A stretch of DNA of 15,988 nt from Amoeboradix gromovi X-113 (Eukaryota > Fungi > Sanchytriomycota), in assembly GCA_018985225.1 (NCBI GenBank), contig JADGIF010000170.1, positions 1-15,988 on the forward strand, in the 5' to 3' direction. Positions 1 through 8,675 of the stretch are shown in pieces. Under the pieces are notes generated by a model, which saw only the letters and a program-made list of their open reading frames with translations, was not told the DNA's origin and searched no databases. The stretch's first letter is position 1, and the number at the start of each line of letters is the position of its first letter. Made by a program: the position numbers and the translations under genes.

Positions 1-118
1 ATGAAAGAGCAAGAGAATAGCTGTACAGAATATTTATTTTTGAAATTTCGATACAAATTGTCTAGTCTAGTTTTTACAGAGCATGTCCCATTTGTTATCG
101 TAGTTTGCACAATAAATA

Positions 119-271
119 TCTCCTCGTTAAAAGTTCTGCTTTCCTAGAATCGAAAATCTCCGGAAGTAATCCAGTAATGGTAGTCGCTCCGCTGAAGCGG
201 CTACTCACACTTCCGCTATCACGAGAGGGGACTGAAAATGATCTACATATTTCAAATATATCCCTTGATTC
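119..271 (-). mobile_element. Fanzor2/IS607 3'-end relic, copy W (last Fanzor codons plus ~118-nt candidate omegaRNA/right end)
   Basis: The reverse complement of 119-236 aligns to 8988-9107 with one 2-nt gap, about 82/120 identical by hand count, and ends GGAAAGCAGAACTTTTAACGAGGAGA. It is preceded by frameshifted codons S-R-D-I-(fs)-L-K-Y-V, matching AARNIY(I/L)KYL. Confidence 0.8.
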
Positions 272-686
272 CAAGAGTATTCAATATTCAGTGGTCAAGA
301 AGCCCCTAGACAAAGACTGATCCATGGTTTTTTGTTAACTAGATAAGAATTTTGCATAAATGTGATCTCTTCGGAGTAAGATATCGAAATATCGAGTAGT
401 TATTTAATACATTGCAATTGTATAAGTATCACTTTCCTGGTGTTCATTGGAATCGAGTATATCTTGAGGAAGAGTATTTTCTGCATCTATTAGCAATTTC
501 TTTTGATATGAGATGTTTAGTATTAAACTATTGGTAGTCATTTGCAGTTGATGAAAGGGATTATCGGCTTTTTATGCACTTAGGAAGGTTAAAGAAGAGA
601 GTCTGTTGGAGACATAGAGCTCTTGTGATCGCAACAATTGTTAGTTTAATTAAATTGAGAGGTGTTTTAAGACTCGGCCATTTTGA

Positions 687-1232
687 ATGTCAACTTCTCT
701 AAAAGACGCAATAAAGAAGTGGGAGAAAGAGAGTGGAATGCCTGCCTCTGAAGCAAAAATTGTAAGATTGATCATGTGCCAGCCTATGCTGCAGAAGTTA
801 GATCCAAATTTACAACAATTCCAAAAGGTTGAAAAGTTAAGTATGTCAACAAACATCATAGATAAAATTAGTAATTTATCAGGCTTGTCTCACTTAAAAA
901 TCTTATCTATTGGTCGCAACAACATAAAGAAAATTGAAGGTTTAGATGGGATTTCAGACACCTTAGAGGAACTATGGATCAGCTACAATCAAATTGAGAA
1001 GTGTAGCGGTTTAGAGCAATGTAAGAAGTTAAAAGTGTTTTATTGCGCTAATAATAGAATTAAAACCTGGGATGCACTTGCTGTATTAAGAGACTTACCC
1101 TGTTTGGAAGAAATAAACCTTGTTGGCAATCCGATTGAAGAGAGATGCAGTCAAGATGGTACTTGGCGCGACCTAATGAATAAACAATGCCAATTCCTTA
1201 AGAAACTGGATGGCAAGTATTATATAAAGTAA
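687..1232 (+). CDS. DNAL1: Axonemal outer-arm dynein light chain 1 (LC1), leucine-rich-repeat protein
   Basis: 181 aa. N-terminus TSLKDAIKKWE, SDS22-like LRRs (KLSMSTNIIDKISNL, ILSIGRNNIKKIEGL, TLEELWISYNQIEK), LVGNPIEE and C-terminal LKKLDG are typical of LC1/DNAL1. Confidence 0.92.
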   Translation: MSTSLKDAIKKWEKESGMPASEAKIVRLIMCQPMLQKLDPNLQQFQKVEKLSMSTNIIDKISNLSGLSHLKILSIGRNNIKKIEGLDGISDTLEELWISYNQIEKCSGLEQCKKLKVFYCANNRIKTWDALAVLRDLPCLEEINLVGNPIEERCSQDGTWRDLMNKQCQFLKKLDGKYYIK

Positions 1233-1248
1233 ATCATTTATTTCAATT

Positions 1249-1316
1249 TCTCGTTTATGGTCCTGATTTGTGAGAAAGTCGAGAATGTACTCAAGAAAAC
1301 CAGCGATACTGGTCTC
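1249..1316 (-). mobile_element. Fanzor2/IS607 right-end relic, copy Y (3' half of candidate omegaRNA)
   Basis: The minus strand reads CCAGTATCGCTGG-TTTTCTTGAGTACATTCTCGACTTTCTCACAAATCAGGAC. It aligns without gaps to 9041-9093 at 39/53 identity, then continues CATAAACGAG. Confidence 0.8.
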
Positions 1317-1463
1317 ACAGTTGAAAATGCGACACGTTTCGGCTCTGTTATGCGACTGCTCGAGGTAGTGTCGTACGGCAGTCTCTTTGTAGTCCTCAGA
1401 CCGATGTGGCATTCTCTTTAAGACGTAGAGAAAAAAATAACATTTTAAATGCCAAACGGTGTA
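1317..1463 (-). mobile_element. IS630/Tc1-mariner-like transposon left end: TA, putative TIR and truncated transposase HTH
   Basis: ATG at 1412 gives MPHRSEDYKETAVRHYLEQSHNRAETCRIFNC, resembling the HxSEDYKxxAVxYYL...CxIFxC N-terminus of IS630-type transposases. Upstream is TA|CACCGTTTGGCATTTAAAATG (1463-1441), consistent with a TA target followed by a TIR. No partner TIR was seen. Confidence 0.65.
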
Positions 1464-1979
1464 AAGCCATTTAAGATTGATGACAATAAAGACTATCGAG
1501 TTTTGAGGTAGTTACAAAGTTTATAAAGAGTTACTAGAGTGATATAGATCATTTAATCGGTATAATTGGTTTACTTGGGACCCAATTTCAGAAAATGTCC
1601 CCACTTTAATTCGGAAGACTCCTGGAAAGATGTGCCAGTCCATAACATGCTATTAAGCCTTTCTCAATATGAAAATGTACTGGCAAAATCTCTTTCAAAA
1701 TAGCTTGGCTGATAAGTACTTGGGTATATGTTGGAACATCTCAACAGATACCATTCTCGTGTTCTTTATTGATGTTTGTTACATTCTTTCTAGTACTTCA
1801 CTATCGTCTCTTTTTGCTCATTTTTTATTTCTTTGTTGTGTTGGGCATGATTAATTAGCGATAAAAGGTAATTTAGTGTAGTTTTTAGGTGTTCCTCTTA
1901 CTTGGAAATGAGGACGTTTTGTCAGAATGAGTCATATTTAGTTAAAATTGGTAACTTCTCCTTTGAAGTGAAACAGTCT

Positions 1980-3044
1980 ATGGCCAGTTGCGAAGTATGT
2001 AAGAGCCCTGCTAAAATGCTCTGTCCTGTTTGTTTAAAAAGAAATCAAAAATCCTACTACTGTGGCAGAGACTGCTTTGGTGCGGCTTATAGTAAACACG
2101 CGTTGACTCATATCGCTAACCCATTTCCCAATTATAAGTATAGCGGATCCATAAAAGCTGAATATCCTTTAAGCGTCACTCGCACTATCCCTGAAAATAT
2201 TGGTAAACCTGATTATCACCTTTCCGGTCAACCTTATTCTGAAATAGAAGCAGATAGATATAAAGTTGATGTACTGGATTATGATTATCAGCAACGAGTC
2301 AAATTAGCAGGCGCACTGACTCGAGAAGTACTGGATACTGCTGCTTCTATTGTTAAACCGGGTACTACTACTGATGAAATTGATCGAGTAGTTCACAACA
2401 AATGCATTGAGCTTGAGTGCTACCCATCACCGCTTAATTACTACAACTTCCCCAAGTCATGCTGCACTAGCGTAAATGAAGTTATCTGTCACGGCATTCC
2501 TGACCAGTACGAGCTAAAAGATGGAGATATATGTAATGTGGATGTCAGCATATTTAAAAACGATGTCCATGGAGACTGTAATGACACTTATTTTGTCGGC
2601 CAAGTTGATAAAAGCAGTGATTCGTACAGGCTTGTAAATACTTGTAGAGAATCTCTCAAGAATGCGATAGATATTTGCAAGCCAGGTGTGCCGTTTCGTA
2701 AGATTGGTGAGATAATTCATGATGTAGCAGATAAAAATAATTGTTCAGTTATCAGAACTTATTGTGGACATGGAATTAACAGATTGTTTCATGGTGCGCC
2801 GCAAATACCACATTATAGAGGGTCTAAAGTGGCAGGATTTATGAAAGAGGGCAACTGCTTTACTATTGAGCCAATGTTGGCATTGGGAGATTGGAAAGAT
2901 AAAATGTGGCCAGATAATTGGACTGCGGTCACTCAAGACGGCAAGAGGAGTGCTCAATTTGAGCACATGCTGTTGATTACTAAAAATGGAAATCAAGTAC
3001 TGACTAGAAAGACTTCCAAAGATATAGTGATGGACGGAATATAA
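1980..3044 (+). CDS. MAP1: Methionine aminopeptidase 1 (type Ib, N-terminal zinc finger)
   Basis: Likely start is ATG 1980 (354 aa) rather than TTG 1902. C6H2 zinc finger CEVC...CPVC...YYCGRDCF...H; catalytic motifs SCCTSVNEVICHGIPD, DGDICNVDV, HGDCNDT, YCGHGI, FTIEPM, SAQFEH. Confidence 0.96.
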   Translation: MASCEVCKSPAKMLCPVCLKRNQKSYYCGRDCFGAAYSKHALTHIANPFPNYKYSGSIKAEYPLSVTRTIPENIGKPDYHLSGQPYSEIEADRYKVDVLDYDYQQRVKLAGALTREVLDTAASIVKPGTTTDEIDRVVHNKCIELECYPSPLNYYNFPKSCCTSVNEVICHGIPDQYELKDGDICNVDVSIFKNDVHGDCNDTYFVGQVDKSSDSYRLVNTCRESLKNAIDICKPGVPFRKIGEIIHDVADKNNCSVIRTYCGHGINRLFHGAPQIPHYRGSKVAGFMKEGNCFTIEPMLALGDWKDKMWPDNWTAVTQDGKRSAQFEHMLLITKNGNQVLTRKTSKDIVMDGI

Positions 3045-3077
3045 TAAACATTATTTTAGGCTTAATAAAATGTAAAT

Positions 3078-3422
3078 TTACTTGGATAAAAGGATTAATT
3101 GGTCTACCAATTGATCATAAACATTTGAAATTTCTGGATTATTATTTCTACCATTTTCGTGAAAGAAAGATACTACATCGCATAAATTGCGCTGCTGTAA
3201 ACTGACTATAATGAACGCATGATACTGTTCACCATCTCTCCATTTCTCAATGTGTCTAAGTAATTTTACCTTGTTCTCTAGCAACTGCAGTTTGTCCCAA
3301 TTGATGTACCTCTCAATTTCTAGTGATAATTCCGTATTTGACATAACATGAATATCTGCTGCTAGACTTTCAACCGAAGCAGTCCTGGTAGCAACAATTG
3401 ATTTCATAACAAAGGGCGACAT
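3078..3422 (-). CDS. Hypothetical protein (~114 aa)
   Basis: Open ORF that overlaps no other gene and converges on MAP1 with a 33-bp gap. No recognisable motif. Confidence 0.5.
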   Translation of the reverse strand: MSPFVMKSIVATRTASVESLAADIHVMSNTELSLEIERYINWDKLQLLENKVKLLRHIEKWRDGEQYHAFIIVSLQQRNLCDVVSFFHENGRNNNPEISNVYDQLVDQLILLSK

Positions 3423-3603
3423 CAAATGTAAAACTAAATTTAAAAATTCGGCTCTTTATTTCAACCGGTGTCACCTAGTCAAAGATTGACAAAAATAGAC
3501 AATTCTTTAAATAAATGGTATTTGTTTAGCATATACATTATACTAATTTTATTGAATTTTCAATATACATACACACGGCATTTATTTCTTTTTTCATTTA
3601 ATA

Positions 3604-4225
3604 ATGGTGTTAGTGGAATATAATGCAGAGATATTATGCGAAATTGAAAGAACTCGAAGTTTGTCAGAGTTGCTACACTCAAAAAGGGATTCGATGTTTC
3701 CCGATACGCAGTCGCTAAGATGAGCAGAAGAAGGAAAGGTCGAGAACATCAAGACGTCAGAGGGAAATGGACTGCACTCAAACAATAACATTAGACACTT
3801 GTTGGGATAATGTAGCGTCGAAGAGAAAAAGAAGTCATTTGTGTTCTGCAGAGTTAGCTCCCAACACCAGAAGGAAGATCTCGAGCACCAGGTACTTTGA
3901 ATGCAAGAGTGGTGTCCAGGTACTGAAAGCATTAAGGACTTAGGATTTAGAGTCAATTTTAAGCGACACGGATTTGCAAGACTCCTCAAGCTTGTACAGG
4001 AAGAACGCCGTGGAGATAATCACGATTGCATACAAAGACTGATTGTGCCGCTTCGGATACGAGTTATTTGAAGACGTCTGTAGATATCTTGGAATGGAAA
4101 TCGTGGTTCTCAATGCGATCGAAATGTCCCCGATAGAAAACTCGCTGACGACTTACTTAAAATCTGTAGTGTCTTTGTTGAAACCAAACATGGACGAAGA
4201 GCTGCAAGAAACAAAAAAGCAGATA
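3604..4225 (+). pseudogene. tnpA: IS607-family serine recombinase (TnpA) pseudogene
   Basis: Reconstructed across stops and frameshifts: MerR-like HTH (KFVRVATLKKGFDVS..SLR*AEEGKVE), catalytic FCRVSSQHQKEDLEHQV (RVSS at 3850-3861), IKDLG..VNFKRHGFARLL, VEIITIAYKD*LCRFGYELFE, LADDLLKICSVF, HGRRAARNKK. Stops at 3721, 3808, 3898 and 4040. Confidence 0.92.
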
Positions 4226-4325
4226 AAATGCGGTTTGGGTAATTGAGCAAGAGCAAATTAAATCCTGGAAATGCGGTTATAATAACCAAAGAGATATCAA
4301 TCCAGGTAAGAATATGCTTACATGA
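4226..4325 (+). pseudogene. tnpB: TnpB/Fanzor C-terminal remnant (zinc finger plus RuvC-III) directly after tnpA
   Basis: KCGLGN-(fs)-EQEQIKSWKCGYNNQRDINPGKNMLT*: a decayed CxxC pair followed by the RD(I)NA(A/G)xN(I/M)L RuvC-III motif. It sits where tnpB ends in IS607 elements. Confidence 0.75.
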
Positions 4326-4668
4326 TATCCACACAAGTTGTCTAAACTTAAAGAAATGTGAACTCTGAACTATTTCAAATCTTCGCAATTAACGTAGGCG
4401 TGTAATTTTTGTACTCGTTTTGTGTACGCCTTGCAATGGAAACACGTTCGAACCACTGTTAGTTCCGAGTTAAAGGAATATGGCTATTATAAATCAGGTG
4501 AAAGGTAAAGCAGTGTTAAATTAAAAAAGTTGAAAACTGTTATTGATACTTTATTGCAAAAATCAAGCAGTACTATCGGTAATAGTTTTGACAATATCTG
4601 CCCAAGTTACCTACACTTGAGAAATATGAACTCTGAATTCCTCCACACCTTCGCATTTAACGTAGGCG
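4325..4668 (+). repeat. Diverged ~76-bp direct repeat (4325-4400 and 4594-4668)
   Basis: 60/76 identical by hand alignment. Shared blocks are TGAACTCTGAA, CTTCGCA and TTAACGTAGGCG. Confidence 0.85.
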
Positions 4669-4942
4669 ATAAACTATTTTTCTTTACTTATCTAGCAGGG
4701 ACACCAAATATAAAACTAGACCAAGTCGTTTTTAAAATTAACAAGGCTCTGAAAGTTGATAGAGATCATATTATCACAATGAGAGAAAGTGCTCACATGC
4801 GAGATTTTGGACTACTACTTTGATTGATAATTTGCCTCAAGTAATTCACGTGATAGGCCTAATTCCTAAATTTTGCTAGCAGCAGGAATTAATTCCTAGT
4901 TGATACTATTAATATAGAAACTGGTTAAACTATTGCTGGAGA

Positions 4943-5251
4943 ATGTTCGCACAGTTTTTATTGGTTTCAGCAGTAAAACAATCGCCTCTTGACATTGATT
5001 ATTATGGTGCTGATAAATCAGTTCGACCAATAGTTATTAAATATGCTATCAGTAGAGAAATTGCTGGATCCACTGGTCGCTCCTTTTTTGGTACTTCATA
5101 TCGCCCTAAAATCTTTCGATTAAGTGAGGGACCTCTGAGGCCTCGTGCAGCAATACAGATCCCAGTTCGAGAGATGACAGCAGCCCATCTCTTGAAAACT
5201 CCACATTCATCCAAACTACGCGCAAGGGCTAGGTTTCGACCCGCTCCATGA
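4943..5251 (+). CDS. Hypothetical small basic protein, possible short signal peptide
   Basis: ATG start, hydrophobic N-terminus MFAQFLLVSA, and a stop overlapped by AATAAA as in neighbouring real genes. No recognisable domain. Confidence 0.4.
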   Translation: MFAQFLLVSAVKQSPLDIDYYGADKSVRPIVIKYAISREIAGSTGRSFFGTSYRPKIFRLSEGPLRPRAAIQIPVREMTAAHLLKTPHSSKLRARARFRPAP

Positions 5252-5269
5252 ATAAATCTTTTTTGAAAC

Positions 5270-7136
5270 ATGTCCAGGCAGCCTAACGATACCAATTATC
5301 AATTTCCGATGCCCCAACCTCAGCAGCAGGATCCTTCAATCGAGCATCAATCTGGATATAGTACTCCTATTCAGCCTACAACTCAAACTCAATCTACTTA
5401 TTCTTTTACTCCTCAACAGTCTCAGCAATCGATTAATCAATCATCAAACCGTATTGACATTGCTAATGATCTAGACAACCTAAACCTGAATCGTCAGATT
5501 TCTGAATTAGAGGACTTTTACGGGCCATACCTTAAATTCAATGGTGTTCTCAATAATCAGTGGTATGGAAGTGTTATGATAGTATCGAGATCCATCCTTC
5601 AATTGAAATTGAACACTCCCAATCCCCTGCTATTAGACCCCTTGGTGTTATACAAATACAAGGATTACAGTTTTCAGCGATACACTTTCAATACTCCTCT
5701 GACTAGTGCTACCAAGTTGACATATTCCATTCTTGACATAACCTATACTATATCTATCCCTGGTGCTAATGAACCGATACGGGTGCTGTGGCACAGTTGT
5801 AACGGCTACTCTAGTGGTGTAGATGAAACCAAATATCCACTTGATGGTTTATGGAGCCATGTGTTACAACAGCACTTAGCCAAGCCATATCATTGCCAGA
5901 TGGGTGGAGGCGATCAGCTGTATAGTGACAAAGTGTTTGATGAGTGCAGGCTCTTGGTGGATTGGATTAAAATTCCTTCAAAGCGGCAACGTGAGACATA
6001 TGGATGGAACAATGACTTGGAACAGCAAGTAGATGAATGGTACTTTCACAGGTACTGTAAGCACTTTAGTCGGGGTGGATTAAGTCAGGCTATGGCGGAA
6101 ATACCGTACTCGTTTGTTTTAGACGATCATGATTTGTTCGACGGCTATGGTAGCTATCCAGAACGATTGCAGAACTGTCCAATATTCCAGGGAGTATTCA
6201 AGATAGCTTATAAGTATTATTTAATATTCCAACAACAAGTTCAGTCGACAGAGATGGCAAGAGCTGAAGGATACTTTGGTGAACATGGTAACAGTTTTAT
6301 TCGCCATCTGGGTGACAAACAAGCCGTACTCCTAGTTGATACACGCAGAGAAAGAACCAAGGATACTGTGTGTAGTTCCAGTAGCTGGAGAAAGATTTGG
6401 GATGCGCTTGACAACATTCCGCCGTCTGTGCAGCATTTATTTGTGTTGCTTCCTGTCCCCATTGTGTACCCACGATTAAAAGCTACTGAAAAGGGTTTGG
6501 CGTTGCTTAGTAAGGGCATAAATGGCGTAGGTGCTATAAGAGCATTTACGAAACAATTTCAAAAAAAAGGCGTATTCACAGCAATGATCAGCAAATTTGG
6601 AGAGCCAGAACTATTGGATGACTTGTGTGATCATTGGACAGCAAAGGAGCATAAAAGTGAGCGTAAGATTGTTGTTGAAACACTCCAGGATTTTTCTGAA
6701 AAGCACAAGGTGAGAGTGAGTTTTGTTGGTAGCTTAAATAACTTACGTAGGTGGAGATGTACATTGTGCAGGAAGCGGGAGATTTTGGAGTAGTGGACAT
6801 CAAGATAGAAATACCGATCCACACGATATGACCCAGATTATTACATCGGCTATAGTGAACGAGCCACCTCCAGATGCGGTGATAAATGTGTTACACGTAA
6901 ACGAAAAGACGCACCATCTAAATACACGAACAAAGGAAGAAATGTTTGAACTTTTTACCACAGATGTAAATGGAAAGAAATTGAACAATAAAAAGCTGAT
7001 GAGAAGAAGAAATTACGCAACATCAGAATTGCAAGATAATGGTGATATACTAGTGGAAATAAACGTAGAGCAAGAAGATTACAAGCAATCCCCATTCATA
7101 TATCCTGTAGTAATTCCACAATTGAGAAATAAATAG
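5270..7136 (+). CDS. PhoD-like metallophosphatase domain protein (fungal type), two exons 5270-6728 and 6751-7136, 614 aa
   Basis: Q/P/S-rich N-terminus, then WHSCNGYS, MGGGDQLYSD, LDDHDLFDGYGSYP, DTRRER, VPIVYPRL and ELLDDLCDHW. Removing 6729-6750 restores RVSFVGGDVH and joins in frame to MTQIITSAIVN (ORF 6828-7136). Confidence 0.88.
6729..6750 (+). other. 22-nt spliceosomal intron GTAGCTTAAATAACTTACGTAG
   Basis: GT...TAG boundaries with an internal TAAC branch-point-like motif. It is the only nearby GT donor that puts the GDVH motif and the downstream ORF in frame. Confidence 0.8.
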
Positions 7137-7258
7137 ACTAAAGTTTATTAAATTCATTGATGAAGTCATTTTCTAAAACTACTTGCTTTAATGTGAAGCG
7201 CTTGTTATCGCTCTGACTAAACTGCAACATAGAATTGTAAGACGAATTCAATGAGGAA

Positions 7259-8101
7259 ATGTTGCCCCTTGTCATACAGAGGATGAGGGAAAAACGACTC
7301 TACAACATCAAATTGAGTGGTGAAAAAGTGAGCAGCAGTGATGAGGAGTATGGAGAATTATTATTGAAAACACATAGCAACAAGAAAAGAAAAATGAATA
7401 CCATTGAATCAAGTGAGGATGAGATAAGAGTCAAAAAAGTAGTTCTAGCTCCATTGTCATCAAATAGTAGCGCAGATAGTACCATAGGAGATGTAAGCGA
7501 TGGGGAATTAAATGACTTGATTGGAATGCCAGATTCGCATTTATTCCATAAGCAAACCATATCGTCTTCGGATGATGACAATGACTTCATAGATCATGAT
7601 GAGACAGGAAGAGTTTTGATGCCATTGCAATATAGATTTGTGTCGAATCAAGAATGGTTTATACTCTATTGCCAATACTTGTATTCTAACGATGACACTG
7701 CAGAAGAAGCCGTTGAGGCTAAAAAGAGGTATGAGCAGAGAATCAACCATTTGTTAGAACAGCTGAGATCTCAAAGGTGGGACGAATCCTTAGCATTTGA
7801 GTTAAGGAACACTGCTGAATTCAAATATTATTCAATCGCAAGTATAGAAGGTTGTGATGTTTGCAGACTAGATAACAGGACATCTTGCTTTGAGATAAAA
7901 CTACTGAATAATTCGTATTATAGTGGTAGATATTGTTTAGAAAGAACTAAGAAATATCATAAAGTAGCTCACATGATTCCAAATTTGAAAAAGGACTTGA
8001 CCAGTATGAACCAAGAATATTTAGCTAGTCTCCATGAAGATTTCCATAATGAACTGGATGTGATTGATACCTATGTCCAAAAGGGAATGGAAAAAAACTA
8101 G
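7259..8101 (+). CDS. DUF4211/CCDC82-like protein
   Basis: Acidic Ser/Asp-rich N-half, then SQRW, CDVC and GRYC...YH...H, the Cys/His pattern I associate with DUF4211 proteins. The start codon is uncertain. Confidence 0.65.
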   Translation: MLPLVIQRMREKRLYNIKLSGEKVSSSDEEYGELLLKTHSNKKRKMNTIESSEDEIRVKKVVLAPLSSNSSADSTIGDVSDGELNDLIGMPDSHLFHKQTISSSDDDNDFIDHDETGRVLMPLQYRFVSNQEWFILYCQYLYSNDDTAEEAVEAKKRYEQRINHLLEQLRSQRWDESLAFELRNTAEFKYYSIASIEGCDVCRLDNRTSCFEIKLLNNSYYSGRYCLERTKKYHKVAHMIPNLKKDLTSMNQEYLASLHEDFHNELDVIDTYVQKGMEKN

Positions 8102-8117
8102 CTTAACAAACATTTAT

Positions 8118-8315
8118 TTATATCTGATTAGCTCTGCGTATTCTATCATAATTCTTAGTAAAATATAAAGGTGTCTTTATCTTAAATAAACAATGACTTA
8201 GTTCCTTAAGAAACCTATCATTTATATCCTCAGCTGTTTTTATATTCTTGGCTGGGCCTAATGTTGCGCAATATCTTATACTTGCTGAATATATTATAGC
8301 GTGCAAGAATAGCAT
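8118..8315 (-). CDS. Hypothetical 65-aa protein, possible signal peptide
   Basis: ATG start, hydrophobic N-terminus MLFLHAIIYSA, AATAAA overlapping the stop. Convergent with the upstream gene across 16 bp. Confidence 0.35.
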   Translation of the reverse strand: MLFLHAIIYSASIRYCATLGPAKNIKTAEDINDRFLKELSHCLFKIKTPLYFTKNYDRIRRANQI

Positions 8316-8418
8316 TTCGCTAGCTTGGATTCTAAAATGTCTTAAATACTTATGTTCAGGCCTACGATTGGCAAAATAGGAATCACAGGACTGGTTCTAG
8401 ATAAAATGAGACACAATA

Positions 8419-8610
8419 TCTACTCATTAAAAGTCTTGATATACGAGAAAACCAAGAGTTTGCGCAGACAAAGCGAGCCGATCAGTTACGTTGGTTGCTT
8501 ACACATCCAGTAGCGTATGGCGGTATTGAAAAAGATACATGCATTCAAGTATATGGTGTCTATCTGCTTGCAAATGTCTCTAAATTGAGTTTTTTCAGAG
8601 CTCTACACCT
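8419..8610 (-). mobile_element. Fanzor2/IS607 3'-end relic, copy V
   Basis: The minus strand encodes RCRALKKLNLETF...IYLN (compare RCGTLKKTNLEVY...IYIK at 8868-8973). It then reads TTCAATACCGCC...GTGTAAGCAACC...GTAAC...TTTTCTCGTATATCAAGACTTTTAATGAGTAGA. Confidence 0.8.
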
Positions 8611-8626
8611 TTTATAAGTTGGAATA

Positions 8627-8675
8627 GCAGATGCTAAATCAATTCTAAAGAAATAACTAGCAGGTACAGCATACA
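8627..8675 (+). repeat. 49-bp dispersed repeat, copy 1 (partner 15882-15930)
   Basis: 45/49 identical, including an exact 27-bp core TAAATCAATTCTAAAGAAATAACTAGC. Confidence 0.9.

Noticed and set aside
105-320. 71-aa plus-strand ORF
   Set aside because: TTG start, and it is antisense to Fanzor relic W; no protein motif.
1173-1412. 79-aa ORF as a real gene
   Set aside because: Only the first 32 codons are transposase-like. The rest is read-through across the non-coding module and the DNAL1 antisense strand.
1669-1854. 61-aa ORF and stop-riddled minus-strand frame
   Set aside because: No recognisable homology. It may be decayed DNA, but no call can be supported.
3594-4388. ORFs 3594-3989(-), 4043-4246(+) and 4110-4388(-) as separate genes
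   Set aside because: They are antisense shadows or one frame-segment of the tnpA pseudogene.
6710-6750. Longer introns using GTGAGA (6710) or the canonical-looking GTGAGT (6716) donor
   Set aside because: Both leave the downstream exon out of frame and remove the conserved strand preceding GGDVH.
8403-8415. 13-mer AAAATGAGACACA also present on the minus strand at 14613-14625
   Set aside because: Matches of this length are expected by chance in 16 kb of AT-rich DNA, and I saw no extension.
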